Origin: Octopus sinensis
Taxonomy: Eukaryota
Length of the DNA stretch: 64,000 nt
Direction of reading: 5' to 3'
NCBI RefSeq assembly: GCF_006345805.1
Contig: NC_043013.1
Location: 48,422,001 to 48,486,000, forward strand
Shown here: piece after piece, positions 56,969 to 64,000 of the stretch
Numbering within the stretch: position 1 is the stretch's first letter
Layout of the letters: each line of letters starts with the position of its first letter
Position numbers and translations under genes: made by a program
Notes under the pieces: generated by a model
What the model was told of the DNA's origin: nothing
Seen by the model: only the letters and a program-made list of their open reading frames with translations
Database searches by the model: none

Positions 56969-57465
56969 CTAGAACCAGAAATCCAGTAAATAGTCTTATT
57001 TTAATTTTTTTAAAAAGGTAAAAATAATTAAGAGTATTCTTCATGAATAAAAGAAATTAACAATTATACTGAAGACAGTAAAGGTACTAAAAGAGAATAA
57101 ATGATTTAGAATTCCAATAAAAAGTCTTGTTTCAGTTTTTCAGTAGTTTTCCTTAGCGGAAACCCTCACTCTGTATCTTCTGATCAATGCCATACCAACA
57201 AAGCAAGCATCGAAAGAAATATAAAATATTTGGTTATTTAAGTCAGTAAAGAAGAATTCAAGATATGTAGTACTCAAAGAGTATTTTTCAGAACATAGCA
57301 TGAAAGTAGTTTGCATGATTCAACAATGATGTTATAGCATTTAACGTACTTTTAAGAGCAACAATGAAGACTAATGAACACAATAGACCTGCCAACTTCC
57401 AAACAAAAGCACTGTACTAACAAATAAATCATCCAATGACTATGTAGTTAAAGATTTTGCCAACC

Positions 57466-58163
57466 ACAACTAATAATAATATAATGAAATTATTGTATAC
57501 AGTGCTCAGGTGCACCACAACTTGTCAGAGTATATGCAGTAATGTACAAATGTCTGGAAAGCGAACAATGCATGAGTCAGATACATGCTTGTGTGTGTAT
57601 GGAGGGGAGAAAATCAGGTGTAGTGTTGGCGAATCTCAGAAAGCATGGAAGTTTTGAAGGATGCAGTGCTCCGACAACTAACAACTGATGCCGGCAGTTT
57701 GTTCCATGCTTCAGCAACTCTCAGCGTGAAAAAATGTTTCCTGAAGTCATGGGAGCTGTGCTGTTTTCTGACTTTGTGAATATGTCCACGGGTGTTAGAT
57801 GGGTGGAGTTTAAAAAGGTGCTCAGAGTTATTGTTGGTACGATGGTTGATAATTTTATGGGTGTCTGCCAAGTCAGCTGCCAGATGTCGGGGTTTCAATG
57901 TGTCCATGCCCAGGGAAGTTAGGCGTTCAGGATATGGCAAATGCCTGATGGAGGGTATTCTTTTGGTTGCACGTCGCTGAATGGCTTCCAGACGATTGAT
58001 ATCCTGGGCAAGATAGGGGTTCCAGACTGGTGATGCAAATTCCAGGTGAGGTCTTACCATAGCTATATAAAGCTGCAGATAGATAGTCGGAGAACAGCTC
58101 ACAAAGGATTTGGTGAGTGATGCCAAGACACCCTCAGCCTTCTTGACAATTTTAGCGATGTGA
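57466..58163 (-). mobile_element. CR1-type LINE 3' fragment
   Basis: ORF 57614-58126 with MVRPHLEFASPVWNPY...WNKLP. Confidence 0.9.
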
Positions 58164-59735
58164 AAGCAGCAGATCTAACTTAGATTGTCTCAGTTTTCCT
58201 GACAAGCTAAAATACAACCAGCATATTTTATAAAGTACTTAGTGTTAGGAAGGACTGCTAGCTGTAAAAACCATTAAAAAATGGAATGTACAAGTGAGCT
58301 GTAGTCCTCTTTATAATTTTGATAAAGTGTTAGTTTCAATGGATGTACACTCATTTCACTTCTTTCAAAGATTTTCATACACTAAATCGAAATCAGTCCA
58401 TTTAATACATAACTTTGTGTTGGTCTGTCAAAGAAAAACAAATAGAAAACCTGAAAGGAGAAGGGGTAGCTTATATGATATGAGATATTGTTTTTAAGAA
58501 AAATGAAGAATTTTTTCCCAACATTTTGTGGCAAGTGATGGTTTACAATATAAGTTTGTTTTCTTAAAATGGGGTTTATTTAGAATAAATTTTAAAAGTA
58601 TTTACTTCTATTTTATCAAAATAAGATTGTTTACTGTAAGAAATATTTGTTTTGGAATGTGCTTGAGAAATTTATTTTGGAAATTTTACTGAACTAGTTT
58701 ATAGTTTATTTGGAATATGCTACTTTAATTACAGATTTCGTTGTGGATAAATTTTTTAAATTGAATTATGCCAGAATAGAGCTTTGTTGAGCACTCTGTT
58801 GTTTTAGCAAGATATTTTTATCAAGAGATAATTTTAAAAATAAAAAGCACTGGGGCTGGTGCCATGTAAAAAGTACCCAGTACACTCTGTAAAGTGGTTG
58901 GTGTTAGGAAGAGCATCCAGCTGAAGAAACCATGCCAGAACAGACAATGGAGCCTGATGCTACCCCTGGCCTTACCAGCACCGGTCAAAACATCCACCCC
59001 ATGCTAGCATGGAAATAGATGTTAAATGATAGTGATGATAATGATGGTGGTGGTTTTGATGATGAAGAAATCTCAAAATGACCATAACCTAATTCAATAA
59101 AATCTAAGCCTAAATTAAAATTTTAAAATGCAAGAAAATGAACTTAAACCTATCCCTCACCCCACAAAAAAAAACTATCTAAAATACACAATGTAAAAAA
59201 GTAAATTCAAGTTGTAAGGTATTAAAAATGTCCCTAAACCATTACAAACCAAAATAGGTTACAACCATAAAGTATAGTAAAAACATTCTCCACCGTTTGC
59301 AAGAGAATATCTCATGCAATTACACAAGCCACCTACTCCTATTTCGATGAAGTTTTTTTACCTATCTCCTTTTCACTCACACACAAAAAAGCAGGTATTT
59401 ATTAGATTAAGAGAGCAGTTTCTTTGTACTAACACCGGTTACCTCCCTTCCACTAATCGCAGCCCTTGTCTCCCCCTACAAATACTTGTCACCTTCCTTC
59501 CACTAATCCAGTTCGTGTCTCCTTCCAGACCAGTTGATATTCTGCTCAGTTAAAGTATTTCATGTAGCCTAAAACTTATTCCACTGTTTGATTTATATGT
59601 ACCTCATATTTTAATGGTTAGTGTAGGGGGGTATATAGTACAATAAAAACAATTGCTCTAACAAAAATCGTCCCACCCTTGGTGGCATTGTAGCAACGAA
59701 AAACTGAGGAAAGGTATTCAAAAAAAAAAAGAAAA

Positions 59736-60109
59736 CGATCTTTTCGGTTTGAACGGCAGTTTTTAACATAATTTCTAGGTTTTATAAACACATTCTACCA
59801 GTATACGAAGTTTAAAATTTTTTAGTTACCTAAAAATTATGTTAAAAACTGCCGTTCAAACCGAAAAGACCCTCCAATTAATTTCTTCAGTATAATGAGT
59901 GAGCCAAAAAAAAAATGTTTTTTTTTAATCTGCTCAATTAGGGTCACCTGGGATTGAATGTGAATACTTTCTTTGGATCTTTTCGGTTTGAACGGCAGTT
60001 TTTAACATAATTTCTGGGTAACTAAAAAATTTTAAACTTCGTAAACTGGTAGAATGTGTTAATTATGTTAAAATTATGTTAAAAACTGCCGTTCAAACAG
60101 AAAAGATCC
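59736..60109. mobile_element. Two ~135-bp derivatives of the same MITE (59736-59871, 59975-60109)
   Basis: Both carry the TIR at each end. Confidence 0.82.
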
Positions 60110-61005
60110 ATTAATTGTTGCTATGAAAGAATAATCTTAATCTAATGAAAGCTCTGTTAGGCTTACAAAGAATAAGTCTTGGGGTCGTTTTTTCGACTAA
60201 AGGCGGTGCTCCAGCATGGCCGCAGTCAAAATGACTGAAACGAATAAAAGAATGTATTTGAAAAATTTATATTCTGAACAAAATGTCATTTGAGGAAGAT
60301 TTCTCTGCTATTTCTAGCAAGGGCCACGTATAAGTACCTCTGTATTAAAACTATTACCCAATGTTGGCAACGAAAGAAGAAACATGAATTATCTCCCTTC
60401 TTCTATGAAACTAGCATCAGTGATTTTTAATTTTTTGTTTCTGGTTTTTCTCCCAGAAGAAAGTAGACACATTGTGATGGCATCTGCCTATGTTCTAAGT
60501 CGCATGAGACAACTGTGATTAACATTTCACTTGAACAACTGTAAGTCAACATGCTTCAGCAGAAACACATGCAGAGTGGGGATTTACGAGGAATGATGTT
60601 TTGAGAAAGGACTCTAACCTGGGGGAGAAACACGCACAGTATGGAAGATGAAAGGAGGAGAGAAAAATATGCCTTGAGTGAAAGCAGCACAAAATGAGTC
60701 AGCTCCCATAAGCAAAGGATACTTTAGTTGCAATGGAAAGATGAGAGAGAGAGCACATTTATGGGCCAGAAGCTGGAGTGTAATGGTGAGAGACTTTACA
60801 CCAGTAAAATTACTTTTCTCTCAATGTAATTTAGGATGTCAGTGTGTGTAGCAGTATCTTCATCTAGATGTGAGAGCTGTACTTTACTGTGGTGTCTGGA
60901 CTTGTGCTCTCAAGAGTTGTAGATATACTTACAAATTTGACAACAACAAAATGACTAAGAGGAAACACACAAATAAACACATATTAAAATTGTCAAAGGT
61001 CCTAC

Positions 61006-61043
61006 CTTGGAGTTCCTAGTGTTGTCACGGGGGAAGAAGAGAC
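61006..61043 (-). CDS. PRRC1: PRRC1 38-nt candidate exon (VSSSPVTTLGTP)
   Basis: Strong tttttccttttccag acceptor and AAG|gtagga donor; S/T/P-rich frame. Its phase conflicts with the next exon (see findings). Confidence 0.5.
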
Positions 61044-61374
61044 CTGGAAAAGGAAAAACAGAAATTGTAAATTCCAGATATTTATGGATTTTAAAAAAAG
61101 AAATTAGATAATTTTACAGAAAAGCACAACAAAGCTCAAATTGATTCTGTTCTTTTGGTTTTTGGCACTGTAACATTATATTTGACCAAAACTGACACTA
61201 AAGCAGAGTAAAACCATCATTATCATGTTTATCAGGATTAAAATTGAAAATCAAAATACAAATTTGTAACCCTAAACTTTTAAGTTGCATATATGAAGTC
61301 TTAATTCACTGGGTCAATTTAAATTCCAACACGATTACTTTTAATGGTTCTGCAAAAAATACCGAAGCACTTTC

Positions 61375-61592
61375 TACTTCTAGCCACAAGGCCCGAAATT
61401 TAGCGGGAGAGGTTAAATTGATTACATCAAGTTCAGTGCTTGATGGCTACTTATTTTATCAACTCCAAAAGGGATGAAGGGTAAAGCTGGCCTTGGCAGA
61501 ATTTGAATTCAGAATGGAATGTAAAAATAGATGAAATGTTGCTAAGTATCTTGTCCAGCATGCTAACGATTTTGCCAGCTCACCACCTTTCC
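61375..61592 (-). mobile_element. SINE family C
   Basis: Head and tail present. Confidence 0.78.
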
Positions 61593-61780
61593 AAAATTCC
61601 TTAATATTTAAAATATTTTCATATTTGATCAAGTAACAGTCAACAAAAATACTGAGTATTTTATGAGATACAAGAAAAAATCCTGTAGAGGGGAGATGTG
61701 GTCACAATTATGTGAGAAAAAACATATTGCCACCGCAAGGCAGACAAAAAGCTCTGAATCCAGTAAGGACTCCTCGCTAG

Positions 61781-62254
61781 TACAAAAAAAATGGTTGCCC
61801 ACCAAAGGACCCGAGGGCTGCAGGAGTAAAGGAGGACCTGCTGCACGCGTCACAGGAACCTCACCCTCTCGCGGCCCAAGGGAAAAAGAAAAAAAGAAAG
61901 AAGAAAAACGGGACATTGCCGGCGGGTTGTGACACGCTGCCCGCATGTCCCAATTCTCCTCCGGCGGGTGTGCCGCTGGAGGATGAATTTGTGGTCCTCT
62001 TCCACAAAGGAGGAACCACAGAAAATGAAGTAAAGAAAATGGAAAGGAGGGGCCAATGGGAGGGACTTCTGTCCTGCACGGAGGATTCTGAGTGGCCTTC
62101 GCAGGTGGCTGCGGAGGTCCTATGGGATAGTGATCTGTGCAGGATCATGAATTCCTTCCCGGAGGACTCCGACAGATTTATGGCTGTGTGGTCCAGCCTG
62201 GAACTGAGTACATGCTTCAATGAAGCAAGGATACTGGTTGGCTGGATAACCTGA
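61781..62254 (+). other. Unidentified GC-rich open frame (stop-to-stop about 157 aa) in a PRRC1 intron
   Basis: Basic KKKKRKKK patch, then ...LSCTEDSEWPSQVAAEVLW...EARILVG; paralogous segment at 62576-62782. Confidence 0.5.
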
Positions 62255-63236
62255 ACGAGTCTAGAAAATGTGAAACATGTGACTTTTTGTGTAAGGTACG
62301 AGGTTCATAGCCTCATTGTGTTTTAAAAAAGAAAAAAGAATTCTGAATATTGTGTTTTTTATGTAAGAGGTTTATTGCCTCATTGTGTTTTCGGGAAAAA
62401 TGAAAAATGAACATTGTTTTAGAGAAGCAGAAGTCGGCGGGCGCTTTTCGTCTTATCCCATCATCATTTTTGCATCATTATCATTCATCCCATTAATGTC
62501 CGTGTCCAGCCCGCAAAGCTTCTATCTGTGTGATGCCCTTATGGCAAATTATATGAAATAAAGAAGTTTTGCTAGGGAATTCTGTCCTGCATGGAGGACC
62601 CTGACTGGCCTTTGCAGGTGGCTGCAAAGGTCATGAGGAAGAACAACCTGTTCAGGATAAGGGATTCTTTCTCCGAGGATACCTGCATATTTATGCTAGA
62701 TTGGCCTGACTTGGAGCCGTCCAGGTGTTTAGCTGAGGCGAGAAGTCTGGTCGGGCAGGAAGATTGTTTCATTGATTCATAAATGGACTTGTGTAAGAGG
62801 TTTATTGCCTCACAATGGCTTTGTATGTCGTAAATGTAAGAGGTCTGTTGCCTCCTTAATGTGTTATTATGTAAGAGGTTTGTTGCTTCAATATGTATTT
62901 AAGAACAATATGCATGCATGTATGTATGCATGCATGCATACATTCTTGAAGCTGGTGCATGCACGTGCGTGTGTGTGTGTATCTGTCTTTGTGTATATGT
63001 TTGTTCCCCGTCATCACTTGACAACTGGTGTTGGTGTGTTTACATCCCCATAACTTAGCAGTTTAGCAAAAGAGGCCAAAAAAATAAGTAACAGGCTTTA
63101 CAAGAAAATATTAAATATTGGGGTAAATAAGTTTGACTAAAATTCTTCAAGGAAGAGCCTCAGTGTGGCTTTAGTCCAATGATTGAAATAAGTAAAGGAT
63201 AAAAGGTAAAAGTAATATTTAAACATAATAACTTAC

Positions 63237-63349
63237 ATCAGTTGTAGTCGGGAAAATTGTCGATCCATCTGTAAAACTACTGGAGAGGGACGAACTAAGA
63301 GAAGACAACACAGGTGAGGCTGAACTACCGTTACCGTTGCCACCAGCAG
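63237..63349 (-). CDS. PRRC1: PRRC1 upstream coding exon (Ser/Gly-rich low-complexity region)
   Basis: cctttcag acceptor, GAT|gtaagt donor, open frame AGGNGNGSSASPVLSSLSSSLSSSFTDGSTIFPTTTD. Assigned by position and phase only. Confidence 0.7.
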
Positions 63350-63389
63350 CTGAAAGGAAAACCATATTATTAAAGGATCTTGAGAATTG

Positions 63390-64000
63390 TTATAATAATA
63401 ATAATAATGAAATTATTGTATACAGTGCTCAGGTGCACCACAACTTATCAAAAAGGGCATATAAAGTATATGCAGTAATGTACAAATGTCTGGAAAGTGA
63501 ACAGTGTGTGAGTCAGATATATGCTTGCGTGTGTATGGAGGGGAGAAAGATCAGGTGTAGTGTTGGCGAATCTCAGGAAGCATGGAAGTTTTGAAGGATG
63601 CAGTGCTCCAACAACTAACAACTGATGCCGGCAGTTTGTTCCATGCTTCAGCAACTCTTAGCGTGAAAAAATGTTTCCGAAAGTCATGGGAGCTGTGCTG
63701 TTTTCTGACTTTGTAAACATGTCCACAGGTGTTAGACAGGTGGAGTTTGAAAAGGTGCTCAGAGTTATTGTTTGTAAGATGGTTAATAATTTTATGGGTG
63801 TCTGCCAAGTCAGCTGCCAGACATCGGAGTTTCAATGTGTCCATGCCCAGGGAAGTAAGGTGTTCAGAATATGGCAAATGCCTGATGGAGGGTATTCTCT
63901 TGGTTGCACGTCGCTGAACGGCTTCCAGATGATTAGTATTCCGGGCAAGATAGGGGTTCCAGACCAGTGATGCAAATTCCAGGTGAGGTCGTACCATAGC
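63390..64000 (-). mobile_element. CR1-type LINE 3' fragment (runs off the window)
   Basis: ORF 63551-63997, same family. Confidence 0.9.

Noticed and set aside
59443-59545. Possible extra PRRC1 exon on the minus strand
   Set aside because: Weak splice sites, atypical peptide, and it would not resolve the frame conflict.

Overview
AT-rich, repeat-dense animal genomic DNA. The SINE and LINE families suggest an octopus or related coleoid cephalopod (inference). Two intron-containing genes lie on the minus strand. PRRC1 has 7-8 coding exons from 63349 to the stop at 46304, and its 5' end is beyond the right edge. PSMD3/Rpn3 has coding exons 1-2 at 22450-22324 and 13171-12984, and the rest lies beyond the left edge. 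The main intergenic feature is a young Penelope-like retroelement (RT plus C-terminal GIY-YIG) in partial-tandem pseudo-LTR arrangement at about 26881-33628. It sits with an RTE LINE inside the (TA)n tract of a single SINE that is now split by about 9.6 kb. The remainder is tRNA-derived SINEs (three main families), RTE and CR1 LINE 3' fragments, piggyBac-, hAT- and Mutator-like MITEs, Helitron-like elements, two fold-back elements, a 27-bp minisatellite grown from a SINE tail, and an unidentified duplicated coding module in a PRRC1 intron. No genuine tRNA, rRNA or CRISPR was seen. Repeat boundaries were read by eye and are approximate unless a target-site duplication (TSD) is quoted. Scattered 1-bp indels suggest long-read assembly errors.
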